64,000 nucleotides of DNA from the NCBI GenBank assembly GCA_002269645.1, contig NIVC01000003.1:1-64000 (forward strand). Reading direction: 5' to 3'. Numbering within the stretch: position 1 is the first letter of the stretch; each line of letters opens with the position of its first letter. Made by a program: the position numbers and the translations under genes. The stretch comes from Macrostomum lignano (lineage: Eukaryota). The notes beneath the pieces are model-generated. The model searched no databases, had not been told where the DNA came from, and saw nothing but the letters and a program-made list of their open reading frames with translations. Shown here piece after piece: positions 1 to 11,848 of this stretch.

Positions 1-105
1 CAAGTGTTCAGTCCAAGGCCCCCAACCGCTTCCAGTCCAAGTGTTCAGTCCCAAGGCCCCCAACCGCCTTCAGTCCAAGTGTTCAGTCCCAAGGCCCCAG
101 CCCCA
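1..105. repeat. Degenerate tandem repeat (caagtgttcagtcccaaggcccc...)
   Basis: Three visible copies at the window start. Confidence 0.7.
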
Positions 106-489
106 ACCTACAAGACCTGCCCAGCCCAGTTCGGCAATGTCAGTCCAGAATCCGTGCACATTGTCTGCGTCGGCACGTTGCACAAGCAGTCACTTTTATT
201 ACCAAGAAAGGAATGTGGCCCCAATAAAGGTTATATCATATAATAAGCAATATCTGTTTTCCCATAAACAAGCTAATTCAGATTATTTCTTAAATTTCCC
301 ACGATATGAGAGATTTTTGTGTCCAATTTTTATGACAGACCTCGGCGTCGGTGACAATTCGAAATTGGGTCACCGCTGCATGTTGAGAGAATGCGTGCGG
401 GTGTCAGCGGAGCGGCATCTGAGCTCGGAAAACCAGCCTCTTGTTTCTTTCTGTTTGCCATGGAGAGTAAATTCTCGAAATATAGTTAT

Positions 490-740
490 AGTGTCAGTAG
501 AGAACATTGTCAGTAGAGAACATTGTCAGTAGAGACATTGTCAGTAGAGAACATTGTCAGTAGAGAGCATTGTCAGTAGAGAACATTGTCAGTAGAGAAC
601 ATTGTCAGTAGAGAACATTGTCAGTAGAGAACATTGTCAGTAGAGAACATTGTCAGTAGAGAAGATTGTCAGTAGAGAACATTGTCAGTAGAGAACATTG
701 TCAGTAGAGAACATTGTCAGTAGAGAAGATTGTCAGCAGA
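490..740. repeat. 16-bp minisatellite (gtcagtagagaacatt)n
   Basis: Directly visible tandem copies. Confidence 0.95.
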
Positions 741-899
741 GAATTTCAATTGCTGAAACACATCTGTCAAAAATCTGCCCTTGTTACTAACAGTAGTTAA
801 CTTAGGCATTTAGCTTGCAGTTAAATGCAGGTTACTTTGCGCACAGCCGCAAATTACAGGCGACAGGCGCGCCCAGCGTTGAGCAAGCAGCCATGGCGA

Positions 900-1270
900 T
901 GCCCCTCAGCTACCCTCAGAACCCCTCAGCTACCCCTCAGAACCCCTCAGCTGTCGCCCCTCAGCTGTCCCCCTCAGCTGTCCCCTCAGCTACACCCTCA
1001 GCTACCCTCTAACAGCTGTCCACTCAACTGTCCCCTCCCAGCTGTCCCCCTCAGCTGTCCCTTCAGCTGTCCCTCAGCTGTCCCTTCAGCTGTCCCTCAG
1101 CTGTCCCCTCAGCTGTCCCCTTCAGCTGTCCCTTCAGCTGTCCCTCAGCTGTCCCCTTCAGCTGTCCCCTCAGCTGTCCCCTCAGCTGTCCCCTCAGCTG
1201 TCCCCCTTCAGCTGTCCCTTCAGCTGTCCCCTCAGCTGTCCCTTCAGCTGTCCCCTCAGCTGTCCCTTCA
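900..1270. repeat. ~11-13-bp degenerate minisatellite (cagctgtcccct)n
   Basis: Directly visible; explains ORFs 815, 825 and 1063. Confidence 0.9.
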
Positions 1271-1529
1271 GATGTCTCTAATCTGTAGCCCTCGAATCTA
1301 GTTACATGCATAATTATAATTAATTATAATTAATAGAATTAATACTGTTAATACTAGCAATTTTATCTGCATAAACAACATTTGAAATTAATGTTCGCCC
1401 TGACTAAGTACTGCAGTGCCAAATGCATTTTAAATACACAAAACTTTAATTTTCACCTTTGCCTCGCAGTCGAGGTCTCCCTCACGCCGCGTTGCTGTGT
1501 TTCTATTGATGCTCAAGCCAGGGGCTCAC

Positions 1530-1831
1530 CTGCCTTCTGCTAACTGGGTGACAACAATACTGAGCCAAAGCAGCTCTCCTTTTCGGTAAGAAACGAGCTT
1601 GCAAAGCAGATCGAGTTTGGCTGGCCCATTGTTGCAACTTGCAGCTTGCCGGGCTAGACAAGCCCTGTGGCTCCATCCAACCCTTCTCCTGCCCCTCCAG
1701 CCTCCAGACAGCCTCATCTATCAGGCTCAAAGCTTCTCTAAGCTGCTGTCTGCTCGTGCCCAAACTACCCGGGCGAAAACGTGCTGGCAGCCCCCAGCGC
1801 CTGCCCATTGTGGCCTTGAGCTCGCCTTGAT
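1530..1831 (-). CDS. Candidate orphan internal exon (DQGELKATMGRRWG...HPVSRRQ)
   Basis: cag acceptor, GTGAGC donor, open frame, phase 1 to 0; no recognisable family. Confidence 0.3.
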
Positions 1832-2177
1832 CTGAGTGCAGCAGGAAACAACAAGAAAACTGGCTGCACGATACTGTAGTAAACAGCTCTTTCTGTCTCA
1901 CAATTTTGGCTGTCTGTATTTTGTTGAGACACGTGCAGTACAGTCTGCATGTCTCACTATTGATAAAAAGGTGCTTTGGTGCAATTGAAGTTTTTTGTTC
2001 AAACCTTCAGAAGCCATGGATGAATACTTGTATCTAAGCTGAAAACAGGACTCTCAGGTTACTTATTAAGTTTTTTGGGATAAAAAAATATCACGAAAAA
2101 GGTTAAATTACAGATGTTAGAGTTTCATTGTCTTCAAGGACTGATCGCCAATTGTTTAGTTTTCCTTTCAATCATCC

Positions 2178-2183
2178 TTTATT
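2178..2183 (-). promoter_or_regulatory. AATAAA polyadenylation signal of the five-domain gene
   Basis: tttatt on the + strand, 13 nt past the TGA at 2196-2198. Confidence 0.55.
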
Positions 2184-2195
2184 TGCTCTCCAGCT

Positions 2196-5100
2196 TCACT
2201 CCAGGTACACCAGGAACCGGTCAGCAAAGAACGCGTTGCCTCGGCTGTACTTGCCGGGCTTCTTGGTGTACACCAGCACCGGGGCGGAGCCGCTCCAGCC
2301 CTTGTTGGCCCACTTGCAGGGGTCCCGCCTGTCCGACACCATCCAGAAGCCGAGGTCGCCAGCGCAGCCGCGTACACCTTGTTGATGAAGAAGCTCCGCT
2401 TGTGGGCGCGGTGGCCGGCAACAGAGAAGTAGTTGTAGCCGGTCTTGCCCAGGTGATAGGGGTAGGAGGAGACGAGGCGGGTCGGGGTGAACCAGTTCGT
2501 CATGCCCACCGATTTGTGTGTCGGGACACGTCGAAGACGACTTGGGCGACCCGGCGACCGTCGGAGCGCATCTCAGCGACAATCCGCTTGTAGCCGGTGT
2601 GGAGGAGGGTCCAGGCCAGCGCGTCCAGCTGGTCGGAGCGGTACAGGTCCGGCAGGAGCGGTCGGCCGGGATGTCGCTGGGGCCTTGGTTCTGAATGTTT
2701 TGAACACCTCGTGGCCCGCGCCGCCTCTTGACGGTGTACAGCAGGGCCCTGTGCCCCTCTGCAGTGCCAGATATCGATAGAAAAGTTTTTCAAGAAAAGT
2801 TCTATTTAGGAAATTAATTTCTGAGCGGCTTACCAAAGTGGAACAGAGGAATCTTTGGCGCTGCTGGCTTCGGAACTTCATTTCTGTAAAGTGGGTGTTT
2901 CATTTATGCATCAGGATTTGTGCTCTCATAAATAAACTTAAATGCATCACCGATGCTCATCTTCTGTGTTTTCTGGAGGCGGATCCAGCTTCAGGTACTT
3001 TTGAAGGATTTAAGCTAGGAACTTGCTCAAGTAATGCAGACACATCCCAAAGTATCCAGGTATTCAGACACAGCCCAGGGTATACAGGTGTGCAGACTTA
3101 GCCCAGATATCCCTGTCAGACAACTCACGCCAGGTAGACCAGGAATCGATCCGCATAGAATGCGTTGCCCTGGCTGTACTTCTTGCCGGGCAGTCGGGTG
3201 TAGATCAGAGCCGGAGCTGAGCCGTGCCAGCCCTTGTACGCCCACTTGCAGGGGTCCCGCCTGTCCGACACCACCCAGAATCCGATGTCGCCCGGGCAGG
3301 CTTTGTAGACACTGTTGATGAAGAAGGTCCGCTTGTAGGCCTGGTGCCCGGCAACAGAGAAGTAGTTGTAGCCGCTCTTGCCCAGCTGATAGGGGTAGGA
3401 GGAGACCAGTCGGGATTTCGAGAACCAGTTGACCATGTTCAGTGACTTGGGGTTCCTGGACACGTCGAACACCACCTGCGCGACCACCTTGCCGTCGGTG
3501 CGCATCTCGGCCACCATCCGCTTGTAGCCGGTCCGGTGGATGAGTGAGGGCAGGGTGTCCAGCTGGTTGGATCTGTATAGGTCGGGCAGCGACCGGTGTT
3601 TGGGGATCCGGTCGTAGGCGCGCGATCTGAAGGTGCTGTAGGCTGTCTTGCCGATGTGGCTTTTGATGGTGTACAGAAGGACCTTGTTTCCCTCTGAAAT
3701 TGAGGCATAATGCTTTGGATTAACACTCTGTAGCATAGGAGGAGCTGTGGAGTTGCTCAGGCTTACCAAATCGGAAAATCGGAATGGGCAGGGGCGGAGG
3801 CCTCGGCACATGGTTCCTGCAAACATAAACGGTTCGCACTGTTAAGTGTGCGCGTCTTTTACGCAGCTTGAACTATGAATGAGTGCAGAATCGCGGCAAC
3901 TCACGCCATGTAGACTATGAACCGATCGGCATAGTAGGCGTTGCTCTTGGCAAACGGAACGCCGGGCACCTGCGTGTACACCAGCACCGGGCCGGAACTG
4001 TGCCAGCCTTTGTTGGACCACTTGCAGACGTCTTTGCGGTCAGAAATAACCCAGAACCCGATGTCGCCGCCGCAGCCTCTGTAGCGATTGCTGATGAAAA
4101 AAGTTCGCTTGTGGGCCTGGTGACCGGCGAACGAGAAGTAGTTGAAGCCAGTCTTCTTCAACTTGTAGGGAAAGGACGAGACCATGCGAGCCGGAGTGAA
4201 CCAGTTCTGGAAGTTCAGCGACTTGGTGTTGATTGAAACGTCGAAGACGACCTGGGCCACGACTCTGCTGCCAGCGCGCATTTCGGCCACGATGTGCTTG
4301 AAGCCGGATCGCTCCACCGCGTTGGCGAGGGTGTCCAGCTGGTCAGACCGGTACAGCTTCGGCAGCGACCGGTCCGACGGGATCTCGTTGTTGCCTCTGT
4401 TCTTGAAGGTGGTGTACACTTTCTCCCCGATGTTGCTCTTGATGGTGTACAGCAGGTTCTTGTTACCCTCTGCAGATGCCAATTGAATAGGAGCTGTGCT
4501 TGAATAAAGCCCTAGGAACTACACTATCAGATAATAATAGAAATACCAAAGGAAGAATCGAAACACTGGCTCAGATTCCACTCCCCATCATATTCATGTA
4601 CCGTAAAACAAAAGTTCTGGTTTGTTAAAAAATTTCCAATGGACTTTTGGCGGTTATTATTTAAGGATGGTATTGGATAATAAACAAGAAACATCCAACG
4701 CAGTCCATGTATACCATAGTGCTTGACAGTTGGTGAGAGCGCACAAAAAAGGCTCAGGATCTGGTAGAGAAGATGTGAAATTGGAGCTAAAATAGACAAA
4801 ATCATAACCTTTCCACTGGAAATAATAAAAATCTTGTAGCCAATCTTGCTGGGGATGGAGGAGCTTGCCTGATCTGCGCTGCTCTATTTGGATGCAGCAA
4901 AAGATCCCGGAACCTGAATGTACCGGCTTTACTTGGTTTTCCTATCGTTGATCTGCGTGTTACTCACCGAATCGGAAGACTGGAGGCAGCTCTGGATGAA
5001 GCTCTGGCACCTTTGATCTGCCGTGCAGGAAGAGAGGGAGTCAACTGTTAGCAAACTGAATGCATAATTGAATGTCTATGGCATCTTCACTGAGCTCAGC

Positions 5101-7199
5101 GCTACTTACGTCAGGTACACAATGAAACGGTCGGCGAAGAAGGCGTTGCCTTCGGAGTACCTCTTGTTGGGCACCTGCGTGTACACCAGCACCGGAGCGG
5201 AGCCGTGCCAGCCTTTGTTATCCCAACTGCAGACGTCTTTGCGGTCAGAGACAACCCAGAACCCGACGTCGCCACCACAGCCTCTGTAGCGATTGTTAAT
5301 GAAAAAAGTCCGCTTGTGGGCCTGGTGACCGGCGAACGAGAAGAAGTTGAAGCCAGTCTTCTTCAACTCGTAGGGGAAGGACGAGACCATGCGAGTCCGA
5401 GTGAACCAGTTCTGGAAGTTCAGCTTCTTCGTGTTGGTTGAAACATCGAAAACGACCTGGGCCACGACTCTGCTGCCAGTGCGCATTTCGGCAACTATTT
5501 TGCCGTACCCGGATCGCTTGACGGCGAAAGGCAAAGTGTCCAGCAGCTTCGAGCGGTAAAGGTTGGGAAGTTTCCCGTCCGACGGGATCATGGTGGTGCC
5601 CTTCTTTTTGAAAGTTTTATATGCAGTCTGCCCGATGTTGCTCTTGATGGTGTACAGCAGAGCCTTGTCTCCCTCTGTAGGTGTAGGATAACAACTCTGT
5701 ATATGATTCCATAAAGGTTGTGCAAAATTTTTAATAATTCCATGGACTTACCAAAGCGGAAGAACGGGTAGGGGACCGGACGCGGCTTGGGCGTTTCATT
5801 TCTGAAGATTTATTGGAAGTGGAGACTTGCATGCAGCGTCGATTAAAAAATCACCTTACCAATTAAGCAATCAGGGAGAGACTCACGTTAGATAGACCAG
5901 GAACCTATCAGCGTAAAAGGCGTTTCCCTGGCTGTACTTTATCCCGGATACCTGTGAGTACACCAGCTCCGGTGCAGAACCCTTCCAGCCCTTTTTGGCC
6001 CAGCTGCACACGTCTTTTTTATCGGCGATCATCCAGAATCCAGTGTCGCCCGGACAGCCGCGGTACACGTAATTCACAAAAAATGTCCGTTTAAGGGCCT
6101 TGTGTCCGGCCATGGAGAAATAGTTGAAGCCAGTCTTGCCGATTTCGTAGGGGAATGACGACACTAGCCGAGTCGGCGAGAACCAGTTCATGAGGTTGAG
6201 GGTCTTCTTATTGGTTGACACGTCGAATACGAGCTGCGCCACCACCCTGCCGTGCTTTCGCATCTCGGCAACAATCAGCTTGTAGTCGCCGATGTTCGAG
6301 CTGAGACTGTCCAGCTGGTCTGACCGGTACAACTTCGGCAGTGACTTCTTCGATGGGATCACGCGTTGACCTTTTGTCGTGTATGTAGCGTACACTGTCT
6401 GGCCAATGTTGCTCTTTATGGTGTACAGCAGGGCCTTGCCATCTTCTGCAAATACATAGTAATCATCGATGAAAATACATTTTTAGAAAAGCTGCATTTG
6501 ACGCCACTTGACATCCGTTGGTCACTCACCAAAGTGAAATGCCTCGACCGGCTTTTCGCCCGCCTCTCCGGAACGCCAGTGAAACACGAACTGGTGCTCG
6601 TGAATGATGCCTACAAGGGTGAACTCCAGGAATCCGAACAGTCTCTGGCTCTGTGGGCTGTTGGTTGAAAAGTAGCGCCTGACGCGCGAGCAGACCTTCT
6701 TTGAGTGGCAGTAGAAGTTCAACCAGAACTGTCCGCCCCTTTTCGTCACTGCAGACTTCACGCCGCGGCAAAGATTTCCGCAGGCAACTCTTTGAACAAA
6801 GCGCGAGGTGATGGACTTCACAGGAAAGTTCATCCAGCTAATACTAGTCGAATGCGGCAGTTCGTAGTCGTTCTTGATGACCATCTCGAGGCTCACCCGA
6901 TACAGGTGGTGATGCCGGTGCAGGACAGTGTCTTCGCCCATCACGACGCCCAGCTGAGGCTCCACCACCCGGTAGCCGCGGAAGACGTGGTAGAATAGCT
7001 CCACCCCGTTGTGATTGTAGTGGTGGACGCCGGCCGCTGCCTCGCTTGCGGAATCTTGTGTCAAGCCTCCAATCTCGCCGTCCAGTCCGTCCAGCTCTTC
7101 CAAAGCGTCCACATCATCTAGCTGCTCTAACTTCACACCAGCTGAGACGGAAACACCTAAAATTAGAAGGAGCAGCAGCGATGCTGCTAGAAGTCGCAT
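2196..7199 (-). CDS. Secreted protein with signal peptide, acidic spacer, unique N-domain and 5 tandem copies of an uncharacterised ~205-aa domain. Exons: 7199-6530, 6445-5887, 5801-5752, 5674-5110, 5017-4968, 4469-3905, 3816-3767, 3693-3129, 2883-2834, 2758-2196
   Basis: Signal MRLLAASLLLLLILGVSVSA. All junctions are GT-AG and phase-compatible. Repeated motifs LLYTIKS, LYRSDQLD, VVAQVVFDVS, NWF..R.VSS.PY, GC.GD.GFW, ADRF.VYL. The last exon carries indels relative to its paralogues. Confidence 0.9.
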
Positions 7200-8591
7200 G
7201 GCAAAATTCTTATTTAAAATTATGTTTAAGAAGGAAAAACCGTTTGGCTCGATTTTTCAGGTCCGCAACTTTTTAGATGAGGGTTTTAAAACCGTGCGAT
7301 TTTATATATCGGCAAAAATATGGACAAAACTTAATTCTTTGTATAAGTTTTTTATTGATTTCTATCCAGCATTATACATAAAATTAATATGTTCTCCTTG
7401 CACCAATATTCCCGAATTCGGGCAGATTGTGTTATACTTTGTGTTTCGGCACGGATTTTATTTAATTATCGCTCGAGACCACGTCATTAGACTGACTATG
7501 AACTCTAGTGGACCGTATTTCTGACTATGCTCAATCATCTGACATTTTCTTCGTAATAAATTCAAATCGTTGACTCGCAGAAATAGGAAAAAAATTCCTG
7601 TTCTTTGAATTTAAGCTGAGTAAAATTTATTTAAGTTTCTTTTTGCGAGAATTTTGCCATTGCTCACTCGTTAATTACCGTGAACCCGTGCGATGCATTT
7701 AAAGGTTTGACTATCTAATAGACTCATCAATTAAAATTAACAATAACTTTTACAAAATTCATACTTATTGGCTTTAACTGATAGTAAGGCTTCGCATGAG
7801 AATGATCTGAGTTGATCGAAACGCGTCGCAATTAATTAAACCAAAGTTGATTCTTCCTTTTCTTTTTTATACTTGCTTGTTTGAATATTTTAGAAGTTTT
7901 AAACCCTTTAATTAAACATAAACTATGGGACTCATATGACTGTCAATAAAATATTATAATTCATATAAAACTAATATTTTTCCTGTTAAATAAGATAATT
8001 TGTTAATCAGATAATACAAGCTATGATGCAGAATAATTTGCTGATATATATTTGAGAGTCATGACATAAGCTCTATGTGTGGACATGTACTTTAAGCTGT
8101 ACTTTCATGGAAAAATTCCATTTCAGCATTTAGGACATTTTGGCTAAATGTTGTTTTCCAAAAGATACGAATAGTTTTGTAAGTTAGGTAGTAAAAAATG
8201 GTGAAGCAAATTGAGTATGACTTTAAAAATCATGCTTTGCTCAGCTTAAGTATCTCAAAATTTACAATTTTTTAGTCTGCATCGCCAATAAAAGAAAAAT
8301 CAGCCGTCTTAACTTTAGACGAGTGCTATAATTCTCCAAGACTTTCAAAGTTATTAATTCCATTTAGACATTGTTAAAAAACTTTTACTTTAGTTTTTAT
8401 GCATTTTAGTCCCGAAAAATACCTTAATATTGTACTGTTAGTAGTATTGCAGTAGTGAATGCTGAATTTGGATTGGTTAATCAGCGGAGCGAATGGCTCC
8501 CGACACCTGCTTGCATATATTTATAGTGAATGCATTGCTGGGAAGACAGCGGAGCGAAGACATAGCCTGAACCCTTTAAGCATCAGAGATT

Positions 8592-10842
8592 ATGCTGCCT
8601 TCAGCGCTGCCTTCTGTGCACCCCCTGTCGCTGGCGCTATCGCTGGCCCTGCTGGTGGCTGCTGCGCCTGTCGTTTTGGCGCAACGAACGGTGAGTGTCT
8701 TTGGCAGCAGCCAGACGTCTCCCTATCTTCTGACCCTCTAAAGAAGTTCGGGCTGTGACGAATGTGACAGCACGAGTTCAGCATTGTTTCTGCCAATCAG
8801 GTTGATAGTTAGGCCCACAGATGCATGATTGCTGCACTCCACAAGTGTCTATGATCCAAAGGCACCAAAATCAATAAATAACAGTGATAAATGGCTGTTA
8901 TGCTTGCTCGATAACGAATTGTCTATGGCTTTATTTGCCTGCTAGACTACTAAAAAAGCACCCTATGGCACATTGTCCCACTCCTCTGACCCCAACTCCT
9001 CTACATAGTTTCATCAAGGACAACTTAAGTAGAAGGACGCAACACTCGAAATCTATGGTAAATGTTTTGAAGGCAACTTTTCGCCGAACAATACACTACA
9101 GAGATTTTTAATTATTTCAGCACAAAAATTGTTATTGCTTTCGATAGGAGAAGACCCAATGTTCATCTTTTGATATGTTGTGCGAGATTTTGAGTGTAGC
9201 GTCCTATATATATATATGTTGCTTGAGTGGTCCTTGAGTTTCATCCAACCTGACTCAAAATCTGATTGACCCTGATTATCTGTATATCAAGTTGTTTAAT
9301 CAGAACACATGCCAGAGCTTCATCTGTACATTGGATAGGGAGACATTGACAGATTATATTAGCAATCTTCTAATTGCAAATCCTCTTGACTTGTGTAACC
9401 TGCCCACTTCGTCTCTGGACTATTTTTTGCTCACAAGGTGCGGCCCTCACTGCTGAACAGCAAGTTGCGAACGCAGCAAAGCCGTCTAGTGCGATAGGTC
9501 TTGTAAGCAAAGAACTGATTTGGGAAAATTTCTGCCTCTGGCAGCTTCATCCGGACATAATTGGCAGTGGACTGCCCGCGGCCACCAAAATCAGAAATTG
9601 TGCAAACGATGCAGACTCCTGCCACCCCTCCCTAGCAGCGAATAACCTGTTGGCCCACTGCAGGAACATTGAGGAAGGGATCGTTTTGGTAGTGCATGCG
9701 AGCCTGGCATTTTCAGTATTCTGGCATCTGTTTTCGTAGTGGTGTGCTGCAGTTCCCATCTCTGGGAGCAAAGCAGGGGGGGGGGTGCACACACCATCAG
9801 CATGGACTGTTCGACTTCAATACCGTTCTTCAGCTTTTCAGAGCTGAATCATTCGAGATGGATTGAGAGATTCGGATCCGACGGAAGCCAAAAAGTTGGC
9901 GGTGTTTCTGTGGGAAATGGAAAGCGCATTCGTTGTATTATAGGCCCCGACTGGGATAGTGCGATTGCACTTGTGTAAGCACAGAATGCTGGCCTGCTCT
10001 GCGTAGTCATGTATAATACATTCACGTAATTAGTGTCAACAGCCTCAAGCCTCTTGACTTCGAATTTGCTTGACCCAACCTGACCCCGATTCCCAACACA
10101 GCTTGACCCAATCTGACCCCAACTCCCCAACACTGTGTTGACCCGATCTGAACTCAACTCTCCAACACAGCTTGACCCAATATGACCCCAACTCTCCAAC
10201 ACTGTGTTGACCCGATCTGACCCCGATTCCCAACCCAACCTGAACCACCTGACCCCGAGTCTTGAACCCAGTTTGACCCACCTGACCCCAAGTCTTGAAC
10301 CCAGTTTGACCCACCTGACCCCAACTCCTCAACCCAGTTTGACCCACCTGACCCCAAGTCTTGAACCCAGTTTGACCCACCTGACCCCAACTCCTCTACA
10401 TAGTTTCATGATCATCCGACCTGACTCAAAATCTGATTGACCCTGATTATCACATTTGACTCCAACTGACCTGAATGACCTTGATTGACCCAGCCCGGTC
10501 TCAGCATTGCTTAATCATTCCTGACCCAGCTAATTCAACAGAACCAGATGACCTTATTTGACCCCAATCGCAGTACTACGGCCAGCAGATGGAGCAGGCG
10601 CTGGAGCGGCAGCTGAAGCCGTGCATCATCAGCGGCATCGGCTGCCCCGCCGACGGCAGCCTTGGCTATCCCGTCATCCGGTCGCTGCTGGTCTACCTGA
10701 CCGGCGGCGCCTCTACGGGGGCCGCGCGCTGCCTGCCGAATGCCGCTGCCGACCCGGAGATGACGAGGCCTGCGACAGGGCCTGCTACTATGCCTACCTG
10801 CGGGACAGCCACCTGGCCGCCGTCAGACTGACCTACAACTGA
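8592..10842 (+). CDS. Small secreted Cys-rich protein (~122 aa), exons 8592-8690 and 10574-10842, with one probable 1-nt deletion near 10710
   Basis: Exon 1 MLPSALPSVHPLSLALSLALLVAAAPVVLAQRT|GTGAGT is signal-like. Exon 2 follows cgcag in phase 0 (YYGQQMEQALERQLKPC...); the C-terminal CRCRPGDDEACDRACYYAYLRD lies in the shifted frame with high GC3. Confidence 0.65.
9015..9236. mobile_element. 222-bp hAT-like MITE
   Basis: Termini CAAGGAC...GTCCTTG with ~17-bp imperfect TIRs; perfect 8-bp TSD AGTTTCAT at 9007-9014 and 9237-9244. Confidence 0.8.
10060..10400. repeat. ~33-bp degenerate tandem repeat (tgacccacctgaccccaagtcttgaacccagtt)
   Basis: Visible copies; explains ORFs 10045, 10154 and 10204. 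Confidence 0.85.
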
Positions 10843-11139
10843 CTGCAATGCCGAGAGACTGCAGCTGGAACTGCGATCATATATAAGCGGAAACTTTCAC
10901 TAAAATGTGTGGTCTAACCTTCAGTACAATTTCTTTTTCAGCATCATTCTCTATACACTGGTATAAACAGAATTAAGAGAGCTTTACCACTGAAGGGAAC
11001 ACTGTGCTTGAGTTATCCAGCAGCTGGGGTGATGGTTGAGCTCGATGTCGCATTTGAAATTCCGTATACTTGGTTGCCCTCTGAACTTGTCATTCATCCT
11101 GCTTTTAGCATTCATTCTTGCATGAATTGGAATGTAAAA

Positions 11140-11335
11140 GTGTTAAATATACTGACGCAAGAGGAATGTAAAACTGTTAAATATACTGACACAAGAGGAA
11201 TGTAAAAGTGTTAAACATACTGACGCAAGAGGAATGTAAAAGTGTTAAATATATTGACGCAAGAGGAATGTAAAAGTGTTAAACATACTGACACCTGTGA
11301 GGAATGTAAAAGTGTTAAACATACTGACGCAAGAG
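11140..11335. repeat. ~34-bp tandem repeat (gaggaatgtaaaagtgttaaatatactgacgcaa)
   Basis: About five visible copies. Confidence 0.85.
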
Positions 11336-11848
11336 GCTCGCCCTTGGGATTTTTTCTCTTGCTCGTCACGCAAACTAGCGAGGCCCCACTTAAACCGTGC
11401 AGTGCGCCTGTGAGTGAGTGCAGAACTTGGCCTTGGACAACCATATATTTGAGCATACACTGTTGTGTAGCAGTGCACAGGTGAATAAGCAATGCCGGGG
11501 CACGTGGGCGGAGAAGGCTAGAGGATGAGAGCAAACTGCCAAAGAAGGGAAACCAGACAGTGCACTACAAGCCAAAACTTTTTCGGAACTTCAAATCCTT
11601 CGCAAGAAGCTGCTAGAAAAAGACTAGTTAGCACAGTCCTACCTACTTAGATAGTAGAGTAATGTGAAACAATATGTTATTCATGTCCACCTGAAAGGTC
11701 AGCAGTTAGGTTAGAACGACACTTTCATGCAGGGCTTTCGGTGCGTTTATTCAGCCTCATTGGCTGGCCGGAGCTCCAAATAGTGTTAAAAGCCGGCGCG
11801 CAGTCGAAGCGATGAGGCAGTCCGACAATTTGAGCTTATGAGCGCACG

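Noticed and set aside
10574-10842. Insulin-like or NPY/NPF identity for the small secreted protein
   Set aside because: Cys spacing is not insulin-type; PGDD..YY is only superficially NPY-like, with no RxRF/Y-amide signal
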